DNA of 64,000 nucleotides from an uncultured virus (IMG/VR IMGVR_UViG_3300030330_003102) (lineage: Duplodnaviria; Heunggongvirae; Uroviricota; Caudoviricetes), in IMG/VR virus record IMGVR_UViG_3300030330_003102; one strand, 5' to 3'. Under the pieces are notes generated by a model. That model saw nothing but the letters and a program-made list of their open reading frames with translations, was not told where the DNA came from and ran no database searches. Within the stretch, counting starts at the first letter, position 1. Each line of letters opens with the position of its first letter. Shown piece after piece: positions 48,180 to 56,495 of the stretch. The position numbers were made by a program, and so were the translations under genes.

Positions 48180-49690
48180 GTTTCACACAAGACTTAGCGA
48201 TGGAAAGGTCGCGTAGTTCCGTTCAGTATTTCTACGAGTGGCTTGGCTACACTTGGGGAGAACACATTGGCGAATGGATGGATATGTACGGAGATAGAAA
48301 GGGTGCGGAAGTCCATCGCGTTTGTATAATTGCACCAAGAGGGCACAGTAAATCAACTACTCTTAGGGTTAAACTACTTCATCAATGTCTTTTTGAAAAG
48401 TGGAATAACGACAGGCCCTTTACCTGTTGGTTGATTTCTGCTAGTAAGGACACGGCTATTAGAAGATTGCAGGAAATACGCGATGATATGAGGCGTCATC
48501 CTCAGTTGTCTAGGTATCTTGACCCGAAGAAGGGCAACAAGACCGAGATTCACTTTACGAATGGCGCATGGATTATGGCGACATCGGTTGGGTCTGCGAT
48601 TCGTGGTGAGCATCCCGCGTGCGTAGCATTCGATGATGTGTTGGTTGATTCAGATGAGATGAACCCTCGCGTTCTACAACAATGGTTTAGAAAGGCTATT
48701 ACTCCTATGCTTGACCCTAACTCGTCAATATATGTCGTTGGTACTCCTATGTCTATGACCGACCTTTACCATACTGAGATGCTGGAGAACCCTACTTGGA
48801 AAACTGGTACTTGGGCCTCTATCAAAAACTACGATGAGTGGAAAGCGAGTGAGGAGACTATACCTGCTATTCCTCTTTGGCCTCAACATCGAAGTATTAA
48901 TTACTTATTGGAACAGAAGGCCGCAATCGGTGAGTTAGAGTTTGCACAGGAGTTTTTATGTAGGGTTGTTGATGATGACTCTGCTGTGTACCCGCAGAAT
49001 CTTATTCGTAAGAATCTTGACCTTGATACTATTATTCAACCGGAGAAGTTGGAGAATAATAGATATGTTATTGGGTTTGACCCCTCGCATGGTTTGGGTC
49101 AGGACTACTCTGTTCTTGTTGTGTTAAGACAGGACGAAAATGGGTATGTCCACTTCGTAAATATGTGGAGGCGTAATGATTTCCCACCTGCCGAACAAAC
49201 TGATGTTCTTATTGAGTGGGCGAAGCGTTATGGTGCGGCGGTTGCTGCGGAAGATGTTGGGTTCCAACAGATGTATGATACTTTGATTCAACAGAAGGGC
49301 GCGGTTGTAGATTACCGACCTAGTAAGGTTGGTAATAAAACTTTGAAGCAGGGCCTGATGAACAGACTTAGAGTTTGGTTTGAGCGTGAGATGGTTGCGT
49401 TTCCTTATGGCAACGACGAAACACGAAGGATGGTAAATATCATTCTTGNNNNNNNNNNTGAATTGAAAACTCATGCTTGGCGTGACGGCCTTATTGTTGA
49501 TTTGGGTCGTCACAACGATACTGTAATGGCTTTTGCACATGCCATAGACCAATTTACTTACCAAACACCTGACATGCCTGTCATTATGAAAACGATGGGT
49601 ACTGGTGAATGGATGGGGGGTTCTACTAAGGGCCTACCTCGCACAAGGTCAGGCGTTGGCGGCAGAGTAATTAACAGGAGTGATTTCTAA
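48176..49690 (+). CDS. terL: Terminase large subunit
   Basis: PRGHSKST Walker A, FDD Walker B, VGTP, IGFDP nuclease, HNDTVMA; contains a 10-N gap. Confidence 0.93.
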   Translation: MSFTQDLAMERSRSSVQYFYEWLGYTWGEHIGEWMDMYGDRKGAEVHRVCIIAPRGHSKSTTLRVKLLHQCLFEKWNNDRPFTCWLISASKDTAIRRLQEIRDDMRRHPQLSRYLDPKKGNKTEIHFTNGAWIMATSVGSAIRGEHPACVAFDDVLVDSDEMNPRVLQQWFRKAITPMLDPNSSIYVVGTPMSMTDLYHTEMLENPTWKTGTWASIKNYDEWKASEETIPAIPLWPQHRSINYLLEQKAAIGELEFAQEFLCRVVDDDSAVYPQNLIRKNLDLDTIIQPEKLENNRYVIGFDPSHGLGQDYSVLVVLRQDENGYVHFVNMWRRNDFPPAEQTDVLIEWAKRYGAAVAAEDVGFQQMYDTLIQQKGAVVDYRPSKVGNKTLKQGLMNRLRVWFEREMVAFPYGNDETRRMVNIILXXXXELKTHAWRDGLIVDLGRHNDTVMAFAHAIDQFTYQTPDMPVIMKTMGTGEWMGGSTKGLPRTRSGVGGRVINRSDF

Positions 49691-49938
49691 TGGCTGGGCC
49701 TCTACCTCGTAAAAAGTTATACCGCCATCTTGTGAAGCAGTTAGTGGCCGATGGTTTCTTTGATGACTGGCGAACTACTGGCGAAATTTGTTATGAGGTG
49801 AACAAGGGCGTTCCTGTACGCTGGAGTCCGATGTCTCATTCTAGGGTATTTATGTACATGAGAGAGTTGGCTCTTGAGGAAAGGTACATTTGGGAAAACC
49901 CACAGAACAGCATGGTTCGTTCTTGGAAAAAATCTTAA
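49690..49938 (+). CDS. Small putative winged-helix protein
   Basis: TAATG-coupled to TerL; TTGEI..E..helix-hairpin pattern. Confidence 0.55.
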   Translation: MAGPLPRKKLYRHLVKQLVADGFFDDWRTTGEICYEVNKGVPVRWSPMSHSRVFMYMRELALEERYIWENPQNSMVRSWKKS

Positions 49939-50135
49939 AAAAATTTTCAAAAATTTTGTCGTAAATTCAGCGTACTGCTGGGCTGTACCCCCTGTCGTCA
50001 TAATCGTGGTTTTGGCGTCCGCTGTAAAGTCCAACCGACCCCAAATTTTTCCGAAAACGGGCGCTAGAAGGGGTCATAGAGCGCACGGAATAGGGTCGGA
50101 GGATGCAACCTACCACCGACCCCTTTGACGAGGAG

Positions 50136-50168
50136 GAGGACGGCCCCATTGAGAGGCCGCCCGTCCTC
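50136..50168 (-). terminator. GC-rich hairpin directly after the 301-aa gene
   Basis: GAGGACGG...CCGTCCTC inverted repeat. Confidence 0.4.
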
Positions 50169-50170
50169 AC

Positions 50171-51076
50171 TCAGTTATCACCCCCAAACAAGTGCCCGTT
50201 GTAAGGCTCCTCTTGGATTACTCCGCCGGGGCTGTCGCTGATTATCTTGACAATCTCGGCGTAATCCTCAGCGCGTGGGTCAATACCGAACATCACGCGT
50301 CCCTTCTTCTCATGTGGTAGCACAGCGAACCTCATGTGACTATCTGCCTGACAGAGTCCGAAGCAGGTCTTCTTACCGCAGAGGATGTCTAGGCAGGTGG
50401 TTGCGTATCGGTATGTGACCGGCTTGGTTGGGTTCTTTCCGTTGCCGCTTCTCTTGTTTAGGGTGCGGTAGCCGGCAACCCATAGTTGGCCGTTGCGTAG
50501 TCCTAGAATTGGAACCTTGAATTCCTTCTCTAGTCCGGCTCTAACCTTGTTGTAGTAATCAGCGGCTATGTGTCCAATCTTGGTGAAGATACCAGTTGGG
50601 AAACCGGGACAGTTACCCTCCTTGATGCCGCCACCGATGGTTCGCTCTCCGCCACCAGTACCGTAGGTTGGATGAATGAAGCAAGCAGGGTCATCACAAT
50701 TGCAAACTTCCCTAACTCCTTCAACCAGTTTGACAGTAGTTGAAACGGCTCTGTCTGCCGCCGAGTTTGTCACATCAATGATTTCGTTTGTGATGGACTT
50801 GTTATAGACTGATACTCTCCAAGTACCGTCTTGGGCTCCGCTTCTGTCAGCAGGGTTGTATTCACAAGGTAGCAAGTAACCGAACACAGTTGGTGCGGTC
50901 AACTTCTCAAGACCGAATCGGATTGCTGTGTGAGGTGTTGTATATCCTAGGTCAACTAGTGCAAGTTGATACCATAGGAACAACGACTCCCACAGAGTCC
51001 AATTTGGACTCGCGTTCAATGCCCCTTTCTTGCGGGGGGCTTCCTCCTTTCGTAGTAGTGGCATGTCATTAGACAT
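50171..51076 (-). CDS. Hypothetical protein, 301 aa, Cys/His clusters
   Basis: Long ORF; TATA-like AGTATATTA about 25 nt upstream. Confidence 0.8.
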   Translation of the reverse strand: MSNDMPLLRKEEAPRKKGALNASPNWTLWESLFLWYQLALVDLGYTTPHTAIRFGLEKLTAPTVFGYLLPCEYNPADRSGAQDGTWRVSVYNKSITNEIIDVTNSAADRAVSTTVKLVEGVREVCNCDDPACFIHPTYGTGGGERTIGGGIKEGNCPGFPTGIFTKIGHIAADYYNKVRAGLEKEFKVPILGLRNGQLWVAGYRTLNKRSGNGKNPTKPVTYRYATTCLDILCGKKTCFGLCQADSHMRFAVLPHEKKGRVMFGIDPRAEDYAEIVKIISDSPGGVIQEEPYNGHLFGGDN

Positions 51077-51180
51077 ACCCCGCCGTGCGGCTCCCCAGTA
51101 ATATACTTACCTCGCATTTTCTTCGATTTTGGGCTATGCCGGGGGGTTTTCTTCCGACGCCGGGGCCACTTTGAACGGGC

Positions 51181-51257
51181 CTGAATCTAGGTTGAGATTG
51201 AGTCTGAATCTAGGTTTGAGATTGAGTCTGAATGTAGATTTGAGATTAGGTCTGAAT
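51181..51257. repeat. About 3.3 tandem copies of a 23-24 bp unit CTGAATCTAGG(T)TTGAGATTGAGT
   Basis: Units start at 51181, 51204, 51228 and 51252. Confidence 0.85.
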
Positions 51258-51514
51258 ATCGTTCACTTTCACTTTCACTTTCAGTTTTCGCCTGTTCACT
51301 TTCAGCGGAACTACATAAGATTACTACATAACATTCCTACATAACATGATAAAAAAAAAGAAAAACTACATAACAAAAAAACTTCAAAAACTACATAACA
51401 AAAAGTACATAATTTTGGAGTTCAAAAAACTACATAAGTTTGAGTTCATCCTTTTGCCCCGCTACCCCGCATGAACTACATAACGGGGTAACGAGGACTT
51501 GGGCTTTCGTTGTT

Positions 51515-51712
51515 CTAGTCAGTCTCAACCAAAATGCTCTCAATCTCAATACCGCATATTGGGCAGAAGTGGTGGTGGGGGTGAAGGCGCTTCTTACCGG
51601 AACTACATAACTGGGGGTTATCACAGTTGGGGCAATCAGCGTGTACAGTTGAAGTCATTTTAGTTCTAACAAACGGGTGTTGACCGCGAAGAACTCGGAA
51701 GCCAGTTCCCAT
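51515..51712 (-). CDS. Small Cys/His-rich protein
   Basis: CPNC...CPIC; TGAATG-coupled to the upstream micro-ORF. Confidence 0.55.
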   Translation of the reverse strand: MGTGFRVLRGQHPFVRTKMTSTVHADCPNCDNPQLCSSGKKRLHPHHHFCPICGIEIESILVETD

Positions 51713-51823
51713 TCAGGCCACCACCGTGCATGAGCATACTATGAGAAGCGCATCGGTTCCCTCAGTACCATCGTAGAAGTCAATCATCATTAAGGCGTCT
51801 TGTGGTGTGCAGTTGCAAGCCAT
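51713..51823 (-). CDS. 36-aa protein (not in ORF track)
   Basis: MACNCTPQD...CSCTVVA; TATA-like TTGATATA about 22 nt upstream. Confidence 0.5.
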   Translation of the reverse strand: MACNCTPQDALMMIDFYDGTEGTDALLIVCSCTVVA

Positions 51824-51879
51824 GATACTACGACCCCCCCTCTACTATATCAATGCTTTGTTGAACTACATAACACGGT

Positions 51880-52206
51880 TTACTCATTCAATTCAACCTC
51901 GATTTCTCTAGGAGATGGCTCTGTCTCGCCCCGCGCAAGCACTCTAACTACATAACGATGAGGTACATAACGCAACTTCTTCCAACTCCATAGATGGCGC
52001 TGATTAACTACATAACTATAATACCACGCAGTAGCAGCATTATAACTCAAACTACATAACACCCAATAGACGATTTTAGTAACTACATAACCTTTATCGG
52101 GAACTACATAAGATAGGAATTGTTCTGCATCATCCTCACTCTCAAATATCTCACAACCCGCCCTGCTAGGGCATCCTCTATTGTAATTGATTTGTATTCT
52201 GCTCAT
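51880..52206 (-). CDS. Hypothetical protein carrying embedded repeat copies
   Basis: TGAATG-coupled; YVV/LCS peptides encoded by the repeat. Confidence 0.5.
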   Translation of the reverse strand: MSRIQINYNRGCPSRAGCEIFESEDDAEQFLSYVVPDKGYVVTKIVYWVLCSLSYNAATAWYYSYVVNQRHLWSWKKLRYVPHRYVVRVLARGETEPSPREIEVELNE

Positions 52207-52374
52207 TCAATACACCCTTGTTTTAACGCTCAACACGCGGCAACCCTTGCCTAGATTAGCCTTGAAGTGTTCAAGGCTCTCATCACATAGGAAGTTAGCA
52301 ACCCATGTGCTAACCCCGCATGTCCATTTCACTTGGTGGTGTACTCTTTCCCATGACTCTCTTGCTCGACTCAT
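52207..52374 (-). CDS. 55-aa protein (not in ORF track)
   Basis: MSRARESWER...; promoter ACCCTTATACC upstream. Confidence 0.6.
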   Translation of the reverse strand: MSRARESWERVHHQVKWTCGVSTWVANFLCDESLEHFKANLGKGCRVLSVKTRVY

Positions 52375-52683
52375 AATTACACCACATCGGGCATTGGGTA
52401 TAAGGGTTCCGGCTAACTACATAACATTACTACATAACATTTTCATAACTACATAACATGGTGATAACTACATAACAAAATGAAAAACTACATAATAAAT
52501 TCAAAATCAAAAACTACATAATAAATCCAAAACTACATAATAAAGGCCCCTCTCCGCCGTCAGGCGGGTCTTCGGGGTTATGTCCGGGTTCAAAGAGTGG
52601 GCGCTACCCCCGCCGTTAGGCCTCAAAGTCCGTCTGTTCGTGACATTGTCACGCTATTGCATCCTGATGGAATCGTAATCCGT

Positions 52684-52836
52684 CTAGGCCACCGTAATCT
52701 CAACCTTGTGGACTGAGGCTTGCCCCATGTCATCCACACCTGAGAGAACCAAATCTCTCGCGGACTCGTCAATCAAGTCCGAGGCGTCTATCTCTACGGT
52801 CATCTCCAATACTACATCATAACTTACTGTTTGCAT
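52684..52836 (-). CDS. 50-aa acidic protein (not in ORF track)
   Basis: MQTVSYDVVLEMTVEID...; SD GGAGG; promoter AGGTTCATAAG. Confidence 0.65.
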   Translation of the reverse strand: MQTVSYDVVLEMTVEIDASDLIDESARDLVLSGVDDMGQASVHKVEITVA

Positions 52837-53062
52837 GTTTTCTCCTCCCTTGTCGGGTAATCCGTCCTCGTAGTCGTCCCTTATGAACCTGTTGCTTAAC
52901 TACATAACATTTAGCGGCGCTTAACTACATAACATTTGTAGTTTGTGGAACTACATAACATAACTACATAACATTTGTAGTACACAACAAAATAAAAACT
53001 ACATAACAAAATCCAAAATCCTAATCCGAAATCCTAATTACAAATTTTAGCGTAGATTAAGC

Positions 53063-53380
53063 CTAGAAAAATTCAGGGGGGTAGTCGTGGAACTTCTCGC
53101 AAGCCAAATCAAATGCAGCGTCTGCCTTCCTCTCTTGCTCTCTCTCCCATGCACCCTCATCTAACTCCATCTCCGGGGAGTCATCGAAGTCAGTACAGTC
53201 TCCTTGAATTAGGTCTAGTTCGCTGTCGGGTAGTGGGATGATAGCCATGCCGATTTCAAGTTGAATATCGTTCAGATGCATCCCATGCTTGTTCTCAAGC
53301 AACGACACCAGTTTGTATAGGGCCGCCCTCGATTCTATCAGTTGCAGTTGTAGTTCTTGTATCATGTCCGCTTGGTCCAT
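53063..53380 (-). CDS. Acidic hypothetical protein
   Basis: Own promoter ACCTTAAGTACC; D/E-rich. Confidence 0.75.
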   Translation of the reverse strand: MDQADMIQELQLQLIESRAALYKLVSLLENKHGMHLNDIQLEIGMAIIPLPDSELDLIQGDCTDFDDSPEMELDEGAWEREQERKADAAFDLACEKFHDYPPEFF

Positions 53381-53599
53381 ACCCCGACGACAGGGTGTAG
53401 GTACTTAAGGTTCGCCCTCCTTTGTTATGTAGTTTTGACTAAGGTTGCGCCCTCGGAGACTACATAACATTATGTATGATTGGTAGCAACTACATAACAT
53501 TAACTACATAACATTAACTACATAATATATTAACATGAAAACTACATAACAAAGTATGAGTACAAAACTACATAACGAAAAACTACATATCAGTTCCAA

Positions 53600-53977
53600 T
53601 CAGACGCAGTAAGCACAATGACTACTGCCGCACTTGCATGATGGTTCGACTGGGTTGGCTGCTATCCATGCGTGCCAGTTGTGATTAAGAGGAGTCTCAG
53701 TCTGCATGACCCACACGGAGAGGCAGTTGCCCTCGACCTCGGTGCAGTTATCGTCAATCTCTAACTCGCCGTTCTGCTCTAGGAGGCACACAGCGTCCCA
53801 AAAGGCGCTACGAGGAATAACATCTTCATCAAACTCATAGTGATGAATATAACCAGCACCCTGCTCAAATTCACCATCCTCAAACGCCTCCCTTACCAAC
53901 ATTCTCACCAATTGGATTTGATGAGGTAGGAGTATAGTCATTCTTGGGGCTTGTCCGTTCGATTTTAGGTCGCTCAT
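53600..53977 (-). CDS. Acidic hypothetical protein with Cys-rich tail
   Basis: Own promoter AGGTTCATAAG. Confidence 0.75.
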   Translation of the reverse strand: MSDLKSNGQAPRMTILLPHQIQLVRMLVREAFEDGEFEQGAGYIHHYEFDEDVIPRSAFWDAVCLLEQNGELEIDDNCTEVEGNCLSVWVMQTETPLNHNWHAWIAANPVEPSCKCGSSHCAYCV

Positions 53978-54229
53978 GGTCTATCCATAGAGCATCCCCT
54001 TATGAACCTGCCGATATTATGTTATGTAGTTTTGACAAGCCGATACTATGTTATGTAGTTTCCGCTACTGAATCAACACGACCCCAAACTACATAACATT
54101 ATGTACCTATATGATACTTACTACATGATGAAAACTACATAACATTTTCCTAACAATTCTAAAACTACATAACATTCAAAACTACAAAAAAAGTGGGGGG
54201 CCGAAGCCCCCCAAAAACTACATAACCGA

Positions 54230-54478
54230 TTAGGTTTCGGCGTCCTCGATTTTGTCCCAGTCCGGCTCTTGGATGTCGGAAATTTTCTCCCAAAGTTTGT
54301 CCACATCAATTCCGCGCTCGCTGAGTAGTTTTGCGATGAAATGAATTTGGTTCAGACTGAGCGATGTGCCGTCGTCGCCGCCGAGATTGTTGTCAACTTC
54401 GCGGATGCCGATGGCGTACAATCTGATTAGATTCTTGGTTGATAGTTCGGGCAGTTTGGCTATGTATCGTGTCCTCAT
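54230..54478 (-). CDS. Hypothetical protein
   Basis: Own promoter ACCCTTAAGTACC; hairpin GGGGGC..GCCCCC downstream. Confidence 0.7.
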   Translation of the reverse strand: MRTRYIAKLPELSTKNLIRLYAIGIREVDNNLGGDDGTSLSLNQIHFIAKLLSERGIDVDKLWEKISDIQEPDWDKIEDAET

Positions 54479-54639
54479 ATTACTGGGATAGCGGTTGGGT
54501 ACTTAAGGGTTTTGTTGCCTATGTTATGTAGTTTTTCGCGGGACATTTAGTAGTATAATAACTACATAACATTATGTAGGAGCGTATTATTTTTTACTTG
54601 ACAAAAAAATACATAACATTATGTAGATGTAATTTGAAA

Positions 54640-54879
54640 AAAGAAAGTTCCCGCAACGCCCCCGCTTCATCAGGGCGGGGTGCGCTTAGGAGGAGCGGTG
54701 ATGAACCGCGAGAGCGTCAGCATCGCAATACTCTCACCCGCACATACGGGCCTTGCCTCCCACTTGGTTAGAGTCAGCGTCAGACTCTTTCGCGGTGCTC
54801 CGCCCCAAGCGCGGGGTCTGCACCTTGTGCCTTCCGTAACCCCCCATGAGAGGCGTTGGTTGGCCCGCCGTTGCAGACA
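54640..54879 (-). ncRNA. Putative structured ncRNA A (family unknown)
   Basis: Promoter AGGTTCTTATA, no ATG at the usual position, 5'/3' closing stem, U-rich terminator, covariation with RNA B. Confidence 0.75.
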
Positions 54880-55002
54880 AGGTGAACGAACAGCCCTGAG
54901 TATAAGAACCTTTCTATGACTACATAACATTATGTATCATCGGCGTTATACGCTTGGATTAAATTACTACATAACATTATGTAGGTGTAATTTTAAGAAA
55001 AA

Positions 55003-55242
55003 GAAAAAACCCCGCCACCTTCCCCTTTCCACAGGGGCGAGGCTTCGGAAGGGCTGGCTTGGAAAGCCAGCGAGGTCGCGAACCTCACCCGCCTATACGG
55101 GCTTACTTCCTACCTGATGAGCCGTATTTCATCTCTCTCAGGCGCGGGGCCGCTCAACCCCTGCTTTTCGCTACCCACCAAATACCACAGAACACTCGCG
55201 GAGGTCGTAGGATATTACATCGGTGGGGGGGTGTCTTGCGAC
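55003..55242 (-). ncRNA. Putative structured ncRNA B (paralog of A)
   Basis: Promoter AGGTTCATAAG, closing stem ACCCCCCCACC/GGUGGCGGGGU, U-rich terminator, shared core with A. Confidence 0.75.
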
Positions 55243-55388
55243 AAACCTCCGTGTCGTCGTTTGCTTATGAACCTTTCTATCACTACATAACATTATGTAA
55301 TGTTGGGTCAGTAAGTATAATAACTACATAATATATCACCGGAGGACTTACGCGGGCAAGCCCGCCGCCCCCGGATGATACATGATGA

Positions 55389-55694
55389 TTAGAAATCTAC
55401 GCTTCTGATTATGAAGCGGTCGTCGTCATATCCGGCTATGACCGTAGTCTGTGTTTCAATGTCCTCAATGGTTTCCCAATCGCCATAAGATTCTTGAAAC
55501 TCCTCAAGGTTCTCAAATTCTGTGAAATCACAGCATATAGCGATTACATCAAGTTCAATCTCAATGCCGCAATCATCTTCAAGGTCAGTCAAGTATTCGT
55601 ATAGCGCGAAGCGACCTAAGCGGGAGAAGTTCGCTTCTCTGCCCATATCGTCAAACGCTTGTACGAAGCGGTATTCGCTTACAGTATCTCTCAT
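55389..55694 (-). CDS. Acidic viral hypothetical protein
   Basis: F..AF..MGR..NFS..G..AL..YL...IELDVIAICCDF pattern that I recall from phage proteins; own promoter. Confidence 0.75.
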   Translation of the reverse strand: MRDTVSEYRFVQAFDDMGREANFSRLGRFALYEYLTDLEDDCGIEIELDVIAICCDFTEFENLEEFQESYGDWETIEDIETQTTVIAGYDDDRFIIRSVDF

Positions 55695-55839
55695 AGTTGG
55701 CCCACTTACTCCACCCTTATGAACCTTACGCATAACTACATAACATTAACTACATAACTTATGTAGTTAGTATGCATAACTTAATCAAAAACTACAAAAC
55801 ATTAAAATAATCCAAAAATCCAAAAACTACATAAGATAA

Positions 55840-56028
55840 CTACATAAGTTCTGTGTCATCCCTCCCCTCGTTCACTACATTGTCAATAATCATATTCATA
55901 ACGCGGTCATGCTCTGCGTAGAGGTCAGCGAAAGTTGCCAACCTCTCTCCCTCTTGGTTCTCGCCAACCGTCCTCAGTCCGGCCATTACGATTCTTTCAA
56001 TCCATCTGTATTCATGGGTCTTGTCCAT
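55840..56028 (-). CDS. Hypothetical protein
   Basis: Own promoter ACCCTTAAGTACC; stop codon lies inside a repeat copy. Confidence 0.65.
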   Translation of the reverse strand: MDKTHEYRWIERIVMAGLRTVGENQEGERLATFADLYAEHDRVMNMIIDNVVNEGRDDTELM

Positions 56029-56213
56029 GATACTGGGAGGGGGTGGGGGTACTTAAGGGTGTCGTTTAACTACATAACATTTCGTTGACTAACTACATAA
56101 CATTATGTAGTTTGTGTTGGTTAACTACATAACATCAAAACTACATAACAATTTGTAGTTCCAAAAACTACATAACATTTTCGGTTTCAAAACTACATAA
56201 CATGTTGTAGTTT

Positions 56214-56295
56214 CACTTGGTGCAAAAACTACACCGAGTGTAGTAAATTACACCGGGTGCAAAAAGTGAAGCAGGTGTGCTTGTGGCACTAGGTG
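56214..56295. promoter_or_regulatory. Four CACYNRGTG palindromes at the divergence point
   Basis: CACTTGGTG 56214, CACCGAGTG 56232, CACCGGGTG 56251, CACTAGGTG 56287. Confidence 0.6.
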
Positions 56296-56495
56296 TTTGA
56301 AGCAAAACCGAAAACTACATAATAAATCCAAATTGCGAACCTTTAAGTAGTTGTTCTTCTTCTCGCTTTGGGCTTCGGCTTCGCGGCCCCTGCGAAATAA
56401 CTACATAATCCGTAAAAGTAACTACATAAGATAACTACAAAACAAATTGTAGTTCAACGAAGCCTTTAAGTACCCCACCGCCGTCAGAGAAATTA

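Larger units (their letters stand above)
51309..56454. repeat. Dispersed high-density repeat (A)ACTACATAAC, about 60 copies, mostly on the + strand
   Basis: Manual count; clusters between genes and inside ORFs; not noticed elsewhere in the window. Confidence 0.95.

Noticed and set aside
49449..49458. Intein, intron or frameshift in TerL
   Set aside because: Only an assembly gap; nuclease motifs continue on both sides
50030..50125. Additional structured RNA (CCGACCC/GGGTCGG pairings)
   Set aside because: Single instance with no promoter or covariation support; may be a convergent terminator region
51129..51344. 71-aa ORF with LSLNL/HFHF repeats
   Set aside because: Translation of tandem DNA repeats; no promoter or SD support
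54660..55140. Hammerhead ribozyme or box C/D RNA suggested by CTGATGA
   Set aside because: Occurs on opposite strands in the two paralogs and lacks a correctly placed stem II-GAAA
54670..55331. ORFs 54670-54930, 54680-54919, 54932-55117 and 55059-55331
   Set aside because: Starts lie in or upstream of promoter/repeat sequence, peptides are Arg/Pro-rich, and similarity between paralogs follows base-pairing rather than codons
56091..56112. Xer dif or integrase att site (CATAA...TTATG core)
   Set aside because: Central spacer is 2 bp rather than 6-8 bp, and no tyrosine recombinase is seen in the window
51309..56454. CRISPR or TIGR-like array
   Set aside because: Repeats are only about 10 bp, irregularly spaced, in both orientations and inside ORFs; no constant-length spacers
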